Below are positions 13,117-25,374 of a stretch of DNA of 64,000 nucleotides, piece by piece. The translations under genes were made by a program, and so were the position numbers. The notes under the pieces were generated by a model. The model saw only the letters and a program-made list of their open reading frames with translations, did not search any database and had not been told where the DNA came from. Source of the stretch: Octopus sinensis (lineage: Eukaryota); NCBI RefSeq assembly GCF_006345805.1, contig NC_043020.1, forward strand, positions 868,001 through 932,000. Direction: 5' to 3'. Position 1 is the first letter of the stretch; the number at the start of each line of letters is the position of its first letter.

Positions 13117-13870
13117 ATTATTATTATTATTATCATCATCATCATCTTTTTTCAGTTTTGTTTCCATTTCTTGCTGAGTGTCTTCCCAACTCCTAGGGCA
13201 AAGAAACTCACTGTATACATTCGTAGGCCATAAAAAGCCACTCACCAGATTATTCATGTACAAAGTCATGTGATAGAAAATAAAAAGGAAGAAAGACAAA
13301 GGAAAGAAGGGGGGAAAAAAAGAAAACAAAGAAAATAAGGGGTAAAATAAAGTTCACAGTGACAAGGCTCTTCTCAGTATGTGTGACATATCATTAAAGA
13401 CAACTTTTTGCTCTTTCTGCATGGATGGTAAACCAGAGATCATCCTCGATAATTTTCAATTCCTTTTTTGATCATTCCAAGTGCTTCTACGATCACTGGT
13501 ATTGCAACCATCTTGAGATGCCACATCTTTTTGATTTTTGATTAGCAAATCTTTATATTTTCTGAGTTTATCAAATTCTTTTGCCTAGATACTATGATCA
13601 CAAGGTATGCTCGTGTCAGTCAATAAACAAACAGACTTTATTGTTTCAGCTTTCACAACAATTTCATTGGCTTTGATGATCTGGTCTGTGTGTACTGGAA
13701 ATTCCAAAAGAATCATTACATTTTCTCCCTCGGTTACAGCCTCAGGATGGTGCTTGTACCATCAGCAATTCTGATTTTGTAATGCCGACATATCCAGTGC
13801 AGATAGTGGCCAACTCTATCATGTCTAGATTTATACTCTAGTGGTGCTAAAACTTTGCATCCACAGATAG
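13117..13870 (-). mobile_element. R4/Dong-like non-LTR retrotransposon 3' end (restriction-like endonuclease domain and 3' UTR)
   Basis: Minus strand encodes ICGCKVLAPLEYKSRHDRVGHYLHWIC / WYKHHPEAVTEGENVMIL..PVHTDQIIKAN...CLLTDTSIPCDHSI*AKEFDKLRKYKDL / KMWHLKMVAIPVIVEALGMIKK, the typical RHD..HW, PD-like, KYxDL and VPV.IGALG pattern. The 3' UTR ends in (GAT)n(AAT)n. Confidence 0.8.
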
Positions 13871-14016
13871 TTTTGGAGAAATTTCTCTCAAAATTCTCTT
13901 TTTTTTTAAAATCTCATACATAAAACTTGTGTTGGTGGATCTGTGTAAAAAGGTTGGAGAAAGGACCCTAGCTGTTTCTTGCAATATATACCAATACATA
14001 CAGCTAAAGCAAAATC

Positions 14017-14336
14017 TTTTCAAGGGCCCTTAAAATACTTTTGTGGATCCTCATTTTAGTATTTTGTTGCACGGACCCCCAGAAAGTCTTATATGGACCC
14101 TCAGGGGCCATACACACCCCGGTTGAGAACCACTGAGTTAAACCTTTTTATGTTGTGCCCCAGCACAGCTGCAGTCTTTTGAAGGGCCCTTAAAATACTT
14201 TTGTGGATTCCCAATTTACTATTTTGTTGCACAGACCCCCAGAAGGTCTTATATGGACCCTCAGGGGCCATACACACCCCGGTTGAGACCCACTGAGGTA
14301 AACCCTTTTATGTTGTGCCCTAGCACAGCTGCAGTC
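14017..14336. repeat. 160-bp tandem duplication including a hAT-type TIR end
   Basis: Two copies offset by 160 bp. Each has ggttgaga(a/c)ccactg (14121-14135, 14281-14295), the reverse complement of CAGTGGTTCTCAACC typical of hAT/Charlie termini. Confidence 0.75.
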
Positions 14337-14839
14337 CAGTGACCGAAACAAGTAAAATTTTGACAAACATTTATAAATTATGATCACACAGACTCTTAGT
14401 CATGGTCCCCTTCCTGTTTATGACTAAACCATTACAAAGAAGAACATGAACAAGAAGAAGAAGAAGATGGTCCAATGAAGCTTAGTCTACATCCTGGCTT
14501 TCTGCTTCTTGTTTGTAACCGTTTCGTTTTCCTTGTGTCGATAAAACTGTTTTGAGGAACGGCAGCATAAATATTGCGACTCCTTCACTTCAAAAGAATA
14601 ATTATATTTGTTCACTCTCGTAATAGTTGTTGTTGTCGTTGTAGCATCTGTTCTGCACCTCAATCCTGCACTATTCCAGTCCACGCAGATACATGCAAAC
14701 ACTCCTCAAGTCTTCTGCTGAGTTTACTGCTGCCTTATTCTGGTTTGCATACACATATATGCATACACACACACACACACACACACATATATGTATTCTT
14801 GTATTCTTTTATTTGTTTCAGTCATAGGTTTACTCATTT

Positions 14840-15054
14840 GGCCTCTTTTACCTGTTTCAGTCATTTGACTGTGGCCATGCTGGAGCACTGCCTTTAATTG
14901 AGCAAATCGACCCCAGGATTTATTCTTTGTAAGCCTAGTACTTATTCTATCGGTCTCTTTTGCTGCACTGCTAAGTTACGGGGATGTAAACACACCGGCA
15001 TCAGTTGTCAAACAATGTTGGGGGTACAAACACAGGCACACAAACATATACACT

Positions 15055-15093
<39 letters not shown>

Positions 15094-15255
15094 GGCAGGC
15101 TTCTTTCAGTTTCCGTCTACCAAATCCACTCACAAGGCTTTGGTCGGACCGAGGCTATAGTAGAAGACACTTGCCCAAGGTGCCACACAGTGGGGCTGAA
15201 CCCCAAACCATGTGGTTGGTAAGCAAGCTACTTACCACACAGCCATTCCTATGCC
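14840..15255 (-). mobile_element. SINE family A
   Basis: Full-length reverse-complement copy. Confidence 0.85.
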
Positions 15256-15789
15256 TATATATATATATATACATATAGCTGTACGTATTGGTATATATAT
15301 ATAAGTGTGTGTGTGTGTATGTATGCATGCTTATGTTATATGATTCAATATTCCTGATAGTTTGGATGTTGCTTTCTCAATCTACAGCTGCCACATCAGC
15401 TGAAATTCTATGATTTCTACAGTAGCTACTCACCATCTTCATCATCATCGTCATCGTCATCATTCGTCATGATCAGTCATTGTCATGGCTACTGCTATCA
15501 TCACTGCCACATCGTTAACAATCATCATCATCGTCACTACCACCACCACCACCATCATGGCCTTCATCATCTCCATCATCACTACCATTGTCATCATCAT
15601 CATCACTTCCATCCTTACTGTCATCATTGATATCATCACCACTGTCATCTCCACCACCACCACCACCACTACTACTACCACCATCATTTCGCTGCTTTCA
15701 TCATCGTTATCACAATCAGCATCCTCGTCATCATCACCATCGCTGCTACCATCATCCCTGTCATTCGTCATTTCCATAATCATCAGCAC

Positions 15790-16330
15790 CACCACCACCA
15801 CCACCACCATCATCATCACTGTTATCAGCATCATTATCATCTTCACAACCACTACCACCCACCACCACCACCATCATCATCACTGCTATCATCAGCATCA
15901 TTATCATCTTCACAACCACTACCACCCACCACCACCACCATCATCATCACTGCTATCATCAGCATCATTATCATCTTCACAACCACTACCACCCACCACC
16001 ACCACCACCATCATCATCACTGTATCAGCATCATTATCATCTTCACAACCACTACCACCCACCACCACCACCATCATCATCACTGCTATCATCAGCATCA
16101 TTATCATCTTCACAACCACTACCACCCACCACCACCACCATCATCATCACTGCTATCATCAGCATCATTATCATCTTCACAACCACTACCACCCACCACC
16201 ACCACCATCATCATCACTGCTATCATCAGCATCATTATCATCTTCACAACCACTACCACCCACCACCACCACCACCATCATCATCACTGCTATCATCAGC
16301 ATCATTATCATCTTCACAACCATTACCACC
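15790..16330. repeat. ~67-bp minisatellite built from CAT/CAC triplets, ~8 copies
   Basis: cttcacaacc recurs at 15841, 15908, 15975, 16041, 16108, 16175, 16242 and ~16312. Confidence 0.9.
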
Positions 16331-16882
16331 CACCACCACCACCACCACCACCACCACCACCACCACCCAGAGCAACCATCAAAAATATGGCTGGAAATCT
16401 CTAAATATAAGAATTTGTTAAAAAACAAAAAAAAAATCAATCTATACTTTAGGGATTTTGCTTTGTCATATTTTTGCGTATGTATGTGTGCATCTGTGTA
16501 TATATATACGAACGTGTATGCGTGCGTATGTGCACGCGTATATCTGTCTGTGTGTCTCTGTGTGTGGTGTTTCTTTAGATTGAGTTGAAAAAAAAAAGTT
16601 AAATAAAAATATATAACCTATTAAATGACAGTAGATTAATGTTATAATTTCTTTTCCTGTTTTTTTTGTTTTGTTTCGTTATTTTTCAAATTTACATTCG
16701 GCTATTTTTTATTTATTCCTCTATACATTTGTGTCTATGTGTGTGCATTTATATATATATCTATATATATATCTATATCTATATATCTATCTATCTATAT
16801 ATATATATACACACCACATGCATACATATACATTATATATGTATACATATTTACATATATACATATATAAATGCATGTGTAT

Positions 16883-16928
<46 letters not shown>

Positions 16929-17138
16929 CACAAACACATATTTAAGTATATATATGTAATATACATATATATACACATACATATATATAAACATTATAGA
17001 AATATATAGATATATATATATCATAATATATATATATATGTATACATGTGTGTATATATATATATACATATATATATATAAACACACACACACTATATAT
17101 GTATGTATATATATATATGTATATATACACACATACAC

Positions 17139-17169
<31 letters not shown>

Positions 17170-17229
17170 CACAGACCCACATATATGTATATATATATAT
17201 ATATATATATACATACACACACACACACA

Positions 17230-17281
<52 letters not shown>

Positions 17282-17869
17282 ATGTATATATGGTACTTAA
17301 GCATAAACTACTTCAAGTCTATTGGCATGCTGTATTCCCAGAGTTGATTGAGGTTTTCTTTTGTACTGAAGCAAGTCTGATTGCACTGTTGTAGGCATCG
17401 GAGTCTATTGATATTCCAAATCAATGTGAAAACAGCATTCCGACATTGCAGATATACTCTCGTGTGTCTTTTTTTTCTTTCCTTCTTTTTTTTTTTCGTG
17501 TGGTGGGGGTGGATTTTTCAAATAGATGCACAGTGGTGTTGGCGTCGGCAGCAGCGTTGGTTGTGCCGTTCTGTTTCCTTTGCAATATAACTAAAGTTCG
17601 ATTTACCAGATTTTCTGAAATAAAATGTAACAGAAACACTTCAACAATGAACATTATTAAATTGTAATCATCAGATATAAATGTGTTTGTTGATGCTCCA
17701 GATTTTTCTAGATGCTCGCTGCAACACTGGGTGACTGTGACTCAACATCCATCAGATCAACGTGGATATACAGGAACCAGTTGTATTGTCAATAAGGATT
17801 TCAAATTCTGGCACAAACCAGCAGTTTTGGAAAGGGGTGGGGGCAAGTTGATTACATTGACCCCAGTAT

Positions 17870-18145
17870 TATCCAATCATGGTCGTTGCCAGCCTTGCCT
17901 CGCCCCCGTGCCGGTGGCACGTAAAAAGCACAATCCGATCGTGGCCGTTTGCCAGCCTCATCTGGCACGTAAAAAGCACCCACTACATTCACAGAGTGGT
18001 TGGCGTTAGGAAGGGCATCCAGCCGTAGAAACGTTGCCAGATCAGACTGGGCCTGGTGCAGCCTTCTGGCTTCACAGACCCCAGTTGAACCGTACAACCC
18101 ATGCTAGCATGGAAAGTGGGCGCTAAATGATGATGATGATGATGA
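17870..18145 (+). mobile_element. SINE family C (duplicated at 19604-19885)
   Basis: gtgccggtggcacgtaaaaagcac repeats and a (gat)n tail. Confidence 0.8.
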
Positions 18146-18339
18146 TCATCATCATCAGTATTATCATCATGGTTGTCATCATACCAATTCTCAATCATAT
18201 TAACATGCAATGGTTTCTTGTACTTTTATTTTCAGTGTTCACAGAATAGCATCTCTCTCTCTCTCTCTCTCCATCCTGTCTAGCATTACCAATATAATTC
18301 TAAGATATTTACTCTGGTCCCTTTTCTTTCTCCTTACAG

Positions 18340-18520
18340 CATGTTCTACTACGCCTTCAGAAAAACATGAAGTACTTGGGCGAAAAGTAGAAAATGACAT
18401 TGTAGAATTCTGGTATTATTTGAAATTTTCCATGAAAAGAATGCGGGACTTGGCTATTGGCAATTCTGTGCTAATCAGCAAGTTGGATGAGGTTCTCACC
18501 AATGGCCTTGAATATAAAAG
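18340..18520 (+). CDS. FUT8: FUT8 internal coding exon, copy 1 (stem/coiled-coil region)
   Basis: Acceptor ttttctttctccttacag| and donor aag|gtagga; 181 bp, phase 1 to phase 2. Encodes CSTTPSEKHEVLGRKVENDIVEFWYYLKFSMKRMRDLAIGNSVLISKLDEVLTNGLEYK(R), which resembles the vertebrate FUT8 segment [29 protein letters not shown]...ADEFLLDLGHHER (recalled, not aligned). Confidence 0.88.
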
Positions 18521-18669
18521 GTAGGACAATTTACTGGCATTTCTGACTTTGCTTTCTAAATTTTTTCCTTATTCTCTCTCTCATTTTTGATTTTCAGTCT
18601 TTTTTTTGTCTGTTATGTTATCCCTGAAATTTCAATGATTACCTTGAATATTATTTGTGAGCTTTTGGC

Positions 18670-18845
18670 GCTGGAGTGGCTGTGTGGTTAGTAGCTTGCT
18701 TACCAACCACATGGTTCCGGGTTCAGTTTCACTGCGTGGCACCTTGGGCGAGTGTCTTCTACTATAGCCTCGGGCGACCAATGCCTTGTGAGTGGATTTG
18801 GTAGACGGAGACTGAAAAGAATCCCGTCGTTTATATGTATATATA
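18670..18845 (+). mobile_element. SINE family A, 5' half only (cut by the duplication junction)
   Basis: Head through the internal TA tract; the sequence then resumes as the start of duplication unit 2. Confidence 0.85.
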
Positions 18846-20073
18846 TATATGTATATATACACACATACACATATATGTATATATATATATATACACACAC
18901 ACAGACCCACATATATGTATATATATATATATATATATACATACACACACACACACATATATGTATATGTATCATTATATATATATATATATATAATATA
19001 TATATATATATGTAATGTATATATGGTACTTAAGCATAAACTACTTCAAGTCTATTGGCATGCTGTATTCCCAGAGTTGATTGAGGTTTTCTTTTGTACT
19101 GAAGCAAGTCTGATTGCACTGTTGTAGGCATCGGAGTCTATTGATATTCCAAATCAATGTGAAAACAGCATTCCGACATTGCAGATATACTCTCGTGTGT
19201 CTTTTTTTTCTTTCCTTCTTTTTTTTTTTCGTGTGGTGGGGGTGGATTTTTCAAATAGATGCACAGTGGTGTTGGCGTCGGCAGCAGCGTTGGTTGTGCC
19301 GTTCTGTTTCCTTTGCAATATAACTAAAGTTCGATTTACCAGATTTTCTGAAATAAAATGTAAACAGAAACACTTCAACAATGAACATTATTAAATTGTA
19401 ATCATCAGATATAAATGTGTTTGTTGATGCTCCAGATTTTTCTAGATGCTCGCTGCAACACTGGGTGACTGTGACTCAACATCCATCAGATCAACGTGGA
19501 TATACAGGAACCAGTTGTATTGTCAATAAGGATTTCAAATTCTGGCACAAACCAGCAGTTTTGGAAAGGGGTGGGAGCAAGTTGATTACATTGACCCCAG
19601 TATTATCCAATCATGGTCGTTGCCAGCCTTGCCTCGCCCCCGTGCCGGTGGCACGTAAAAAGCACAATCCGATCGTGGCCGTTTGCCAGCCTCATCTGGC
19701 ACGTAAAAAGCACCCACTACATTCACAGAGTGGTTGGCGTTAGGAAGGGCATCCAGCCGTAGAAACGTTGCCAGATCAGACTGGGCCTGGTGCAGCCTTC
19801 TGGCTTCACAGACCCCAGTTGAACCGTACAACCCATGCTAGCATGGAAAGTGGGCGCTAAATGATGATGATGATGATGATCATCATCATCATCAGTATTA
19901 TCATCATGGTTGTCATCATACCAATTCTCAATCATATTAACATGCAATGGTTTCTTGTACTTTTATTTTCAGTGTTCACAGAATAGCATCTCTCTCTCTC
20001 TCTCTCATCCTGTCTAGCATTACCAATATAATTCTAAGATATTTACTCTGGTCCCTTTTCTTTCTCCTTACAG

Positions 20074-20254
20074 CATGTTCTACTACGCCTTCAGAAAAAC
20101 ATGAAGTACTTGGGCGAAAAGTAGAAAATGACATTGTAGAATTCTGGTATTATTTGAAATTTTCCATGAAAAGAATGCGGGACTTGGCTATTGGCAATTC
20201 TGTGCTAATCAGCAAGTTGGATGAGGTTCTCACCAATGGCCTTGAATATAAAAG
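20074..20254 (+). CDS. FUT8: FUT8 internal coding exon, copy 2 (identical duplicate)
   Basis: Identical by eye to 18340-18520, with the same acceptor (cag at 20071-20073) and donor (gt at 20255). Confidence 0.88.
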
Positions 20255-20402
20255 GTAGGACAATTTACTGGCATTTCTGACTTTGCTTTCTAAATTTTTT
20301 CCTTATTCTCTCTCTCATTTTTGATTTTCAGTCTTTTTTTTGTCTGTTATGTTATCCCTGAAATTTCAATGATTACCTTGAATATTATTTGTGAGCTTTT
20401 GG

Positions 20403-20815
20403 CGCTGGAGTGGCTGTGTGGTTAGTAGCTTGCTTACCAACCACATGGTTCCGGGTTCAGTTTCACTGCGTGGCACCTTGGGCGAGTGTCTTCTACTATA
20501 GCCTCGGGCGACCAATGCCTTGTGAGTGGATTTGGTAGACGGAGACTGAAAAGAATCCCGTCGTTTATATGTATATATATATATATGCGTGTGTGTGTTT
20601 GTGTGTCTGTGTTTGTCTCCCTAGCATTGCTTGACAACCGATGCTGGTGTGTTTATGTCCCCGTTACCTAGCGGTTCGGCAAAAGAGACCGATAGAATAA
20701 GTACTGGGCTTACAAAAGAATAAGTCCCGGGGTCAAGTTGCTCGATTAAAGGCGGTGCTCCAGCATGGCCACAGTCAAATGACTCAAACAAGTAAAAGAG
20801 TAAAAAGAGTAAAGA
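20403..20815 (+). mobile_element. SINE family A, complete
   Basis: Its 5' half is identical to 18670-18845 and it continues through the tail gtaaaagag. Confidence 0.9.
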
Positions 20816-21208
20816 GAGAGTACCCACTTTTGTCTGCTGTAATATCATTAGCCTTTGACCCACCCACTTTTATCTGTTATGACAAAACTTTTGACCCACC
20901 CATTTTTCCATTTTTGTCTGTTATATTATCACCAGTTTATGACACACCCACTTTTGGCAATCATGAACATCAATGAACTTCCAACACGCCTACTTTTATC
21001 TGTTATTAAACTTTCAACACACCCTCTCTTGTCTGTCACATTATCATTAACTTTTGACACGCCTACTTTGGTTGGAATTTTGTTTGTTGTTTCCTTTAAT
21101 GATACTTTTGAAAAAAAAAAAAAAAAATTAAATTTACTTTTTCAACAACTGATGGTGGTGTGTTTATGTCCCCATAACTTAGCGGTTCAGCAAAACAGAC
21201 CAATAGAA

Positions 21209-21694
21209 TCTCTATATATATAAACGGCAAAATGTGTGTGTGTGTGTGTGTGCATGTCCTTTATACAAATCCACAATTTTTCAGTTAGAGGGCTCGCACT
21301 TTCTATGGTCATTCAAAACCGTCCAAGGGTGGTCGTGCACATCTTTACATTTCCCCAGTCACCCTGCAAAGCCATTAAAAAATCAATAGAAGTGACTTTT
21401 TTGTGAATTTTCTATCCAAAACCCAATCAAAATGCCTGAAATTTGATACGCCAATTGAATGCCAGCTAGCTGTATGTGATTGGTCAGAGATTTGGACAGT
21501 ACTCGCATGTATGTGCACACACAGCTGTATATGCATGCACTAGCACTATGAAATAACTTCCTAAATACAGAATTTTCTCAACACCAAGAGTAAAAGATGT
21601 TTTATGTGACGCATTCTACCAGTATACGAAGTTTGAAAGTGTTTAGTTACAAAAAATTATTTTAAAAATTTGTCGGTCAAAAGGTAAAGATCCC
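21209..21694. mobile_element. Non-autonomous DNA element with a Helitron-like left end and a MITE-related right end
   Basis: Starts A|TCTCTATATATATAAACGGC plus (TG)n. Its last ~130 bp are the reverse complement of the left part of the 54841/56618 MITE family (ends aaaggtaaagatccc). Confidence 0.55.
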
Positions 21695-21696
21695 AA

Positions 21697-21869
21697 ATAT
21701 CTTGTTTCCAAAAGTTCTGAATTAAAATCTTCCACCAAATTTTAGTCACAATTTATGTTCCTATTTCTAGCTTAAAGATAACTAAGTTAGTTTACTAAAT
21801 TCTTTGTTATATTTAAAATTAATTGAAAGAAACACAGAGCATCTCAACAGAAATATGGTAATGAAAGGG
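21697..21869 (+). mobile_element. piggyBac-like MITE, right part
   Basis: Ends gtaatgaaaggg|TTAA; the body matches 50700-50868. Confidence 0.65.
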
Positions 21870-22150
21870 TTAAACAGTCACGTCCTTCTTCCCCCCTTCT
21901 CTCCCCTGTCTCTCTCTATCAAACAACTTTGCTAATAGTAACTAAGTGCTAATTACATCTTTTTTATTCTCAGTTTTTTGAGATTTTTTCTCGTGGTTTT
22001 TTTTTGTTTTTTTCAAAAATTCTTGAATCATTTCCATTTAAGTTTTTCTTGGAAGCCATAAAATAGATTCCTAAACATCTCTCTCTTTCTCTTTCTCTCT
22101 CTCTCTCTCATTTACAAGTTTATCATTATATATGTGGTGAATAGACAGGT

Positions 22151-22187
<37 letters not shown>

Positions 22188-22824
22188 AGAGAGCAGTTTC
22201 TTTTATTCTCGTCTGTCCTGTGATTAGGTACAGACCATTTCAATGTTATTTTGTCCAGCTGGCAGCAAAAACCATCTCCCTCTCTCCCTCCCTCCCTCCC
22301 TCCCCCCTCCCTCCCTCACTCACTCACTCTGCCTCTCTTTCGCTCTTTCCGTCTCTTTCGCTCTTTCCGTCTCTTTTATCTTCATTTCTCCAAGTCTTGC
22401 TATTGTCTGGGATGTTTTATATTGCTTCTCTTTTGCATCCATTCTATTAGAATCTTACAAATAATCAGCCAATAGGCAAGAATTGCATGTTTCCATGTCT
22501 CTGTTGTGTGTGATTGTGTGTACTTGTATGCGTATGTGTGTGTATTTGTGTATATATATATATGTATTTGTGCATTTATGAGTTTTTGCATATATGTGTG
22601 TTTATAAATGTGTGTGTGTGTGTATTTGTGCATAAAATAGTGAATTTCTGTTTCTTTGACAAAATAGTCACCAAAGACAACGTGATTCTTGGTTTCTGAC
22701 TTCTTTCTTTCATCCGACCATTTTTACATCCTTTTCAATGAATGGAATATTTTCCTTGACTTTGTGTAGACCATCATGCACATTTGCAGACTTTTATGCT
22801 GATAGCATCACTCTGGTTGAGCAG

Positions 22825-23040
22825 AGGTGCGTAGCTTAGTGGTTAGAGTGTTGAACTCATGATCACGGGATTGCGGTTTCGATTCCTGGACTGGGTGACG
22901 TGTTGTGTTCTTGAGCAAAACACTTCATTTCACATTGCTCCAGTCCACTCAGCTGGTAAAACTTAGTAACCCTGCGGCAGACTGATGTCCTGTCCAAGGA
23001 GGAATATATATGCCAGAGAAACTGGGAAACGGACCCTATG
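22825..23040 (+). mobile_element. SINE family D (tRNA head)
   Basis: gtagcttagtggttagag A-box and ggtttcgattcc B-box, then gtgttcttgagcaaaacac. Confidence 0.7.
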
Positions 23041-24033
23041 CTTTTTACAGAGTAATGTAGACTGACCAACAGTGTTGTTGAGGACTTCATTTTGCAACTA
23101 CGTGAATGTAGGTTCAATTCCACAACACAGCACCTTGGGCAAGTTACTTCTGTTGTAGCTTTTGGTAGACTTTATCATCATCATCATCATATGTTTGTTT
23201 TCCATGCTAGCATAGATTGCATGTTACTTATGTTGTGTCTCTTTATAACCTGTAACATAACAGATTGACAAATAGAAACCGATAAAATAAGTCCCAGACA
23301 TTATCTAATGTCTTCTTTTTTTATGTAAGCCAGTGGTATTTTATTTGAGATAGATTTGGCTACTATTTCTAGCATGTTTTGTTGAGACTTTCCTGTTTGC
23401 TTGTAGTGACATGGTCATTTTTGCAGAAGAAGCAGAACTCATTTTAGTTAATGAACCAAAACTGAATGGGGCAAGTTTTATAATTCAGACGGGGTACATT
23501 GTAATATCTTTCGAATTTTTTTGTCTTCTTGACCCCTAGGACTCATAAGGATGAGTACACAGCTTTCATGGTGTCTATAAGAATGAGTTCAGGACATTAC
23601 CCCTGAATGGAATACCAATTCTTTGCTGGTTCCAAAGTCAACAATTTTTTAGGGTAGTAGGACAAGTTGATTATATCAACTTCAGTTATTTTATTGACCT
23701 TGGAAGGATGAAAGGAAAAGTTGACCTCAGCAGGATTTGAACTCAAAACATTAAGAGCCAGAAGGTGTTAAGCATTTTATCTGATGTTCTAATGATTCTG
23801 CTAAGTTCACTGCCTTTCGTTGTAACATATTGACTGGGAAAGAATATAAAACTAAGTTCAAAAGAAATTAATGACTGTCTGTATTGACAGAGAGCAGTTA
23901 ATTACGTTTGTAAATGCAGAGTGCAAAGATATTTAGCAAGGGTCAGAAAATAGATGATAAAATTTATTGAAACCAGTGTCTGAGTAGATGGGCTGGGATT
24001 GTCTGAAAACAGTTAAAGAGGTTTGTAAAGCAA

Positions 24034-24708
24034 GAAAAATTTTATTTTCTCTGATTAATGGACAAGGCCTGTCTTCAGAGACATAAGCAAGAGTATTTTG
24101 GAACAGGGTCCACTTTTTGGGGTGAGAAAAATTTATTTCTTCTGATTAATGGACAAGGTCTGTCTTCAAAGACATAAGCAAAAGTATTTTGGAACAGGGT
24201 CCACTTTTTGGGGTGAGAAAATTTTATTTCTTCTGATTAATAGACAGGGTCTGTCTTCAGAGATATAAGCAAGAGTATTTTGGAACAGGGTCCACTTTTT
24301 GGGGTGAGAAAAATTTATTTCCTCTGATTAATGGACAAGGTCTGTCCCCAAAGACATAAGCAAGAGTATTTTGGAACAGGGTCCACTTTTTGGGGTGAGA
24401 AAAATTTATTTCTGATTAATGGACAAGGTTTGTCTTCAAAGACATAAGCAAAGAGTATGTTAGAACAGGGTCCACTTTTTGGGGTGAGAAAAATTTATTT
24501 CCTCTGATTAATGGACAAGGATCTGTCTTCAGAGACATAAGCAAGAGTATGTTGGAACAGGGTCCACTTTTTGGGGTGAGAAAAATTTATTTCTTCTGAT
24601 TAATGGACAAGGTCTGTCTTCAGAGACATAAGCAAGAGTATTTTGGAACAGGGTCCACTTTTTGGAGTGAGAAAAATTTATTTCTTCTGATTAATGGACA
24701 AGGTCTGT
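24034..24708. repeat. 91-bp tandem minisatellite, ~7.4 copies
   Basis: Unit aaaaatttatttcttctgattaatggacaaggtctgtcttcagagacataagcaagagtattttggaacagggtccactttttggggtgag, with few substitutions. Confidence 0.95.
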
Positions 24709-25374
24709 CACTGTATTGTCACTGCTTGACAGCCAGTACTGGTTTATTTACATCCTCCATAACTTAATCATTTCAGCAAAGAGATCAATGGAATAAGGAC
24801 CACCCTTAAGTAACAAACTACATAGGTTGATTTGTGGTGCCCCAGCTTGGCCACAGTCCACTCCAATGACTGAAACAAATAATCAATAAAAAAAAAATGC
24901 ATTTTGTGGTGGAGGTGGAGTTTATACTTTATATCAAAAATTAATTATTCCCTGTAATCATATTTGAAATATAAACAAAAGAGATACATGTTTGCTTGCC
25001 GAATAAGAGAAGGCATGCTTCTGTGAACATTATTACGCATCAGTGCATGTATGATAGTTTACATGCATCAACGCATGTATACAAATTTACATGCCTCAGT
25101 GCATATGTTTTGTGTGGAACATATTCAAAGGCAAACTCTAACAGGTTTATTCTGTATGTTATTCTGAAGCCCCAGGAGGGTTCTAATCAAGCAGACGCAT
25201 GATCAAAGTAGTTGTTCTAACTGTTATTTATCATCTTGTCTTTTATATGTTTATGTTTGTTTTTTTGTTGTTTTTTTTTATTGCCAGTAGGGTGTGATTT
25301 GAGCGAGATTTGGCTGCTATTTTCAGCAGATAAAGTAACCGAAAAGAGTTTTCGCCATTGGCTCATACACTTTA

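Larger units (their letters stand above)
17103..20570 (+). repeat. ~1.73-kb direct tandem duplication containing the FUT8 exon
   Basis: Units ~17103-18834 and ~18835-20570 are near-identical; the ORF track shows pairs offset by 1733-1737 bp. The junction lies in a shared atgtatatatatatatg tract. Confidence 0.95.

Noticed and set aside
24034-24708. CRISPR-like reading of the 91-bp array and of the SINE C internal arrays
   Set aside because: There are no unique spacers and no cas genes, and the context is eukaryotic.
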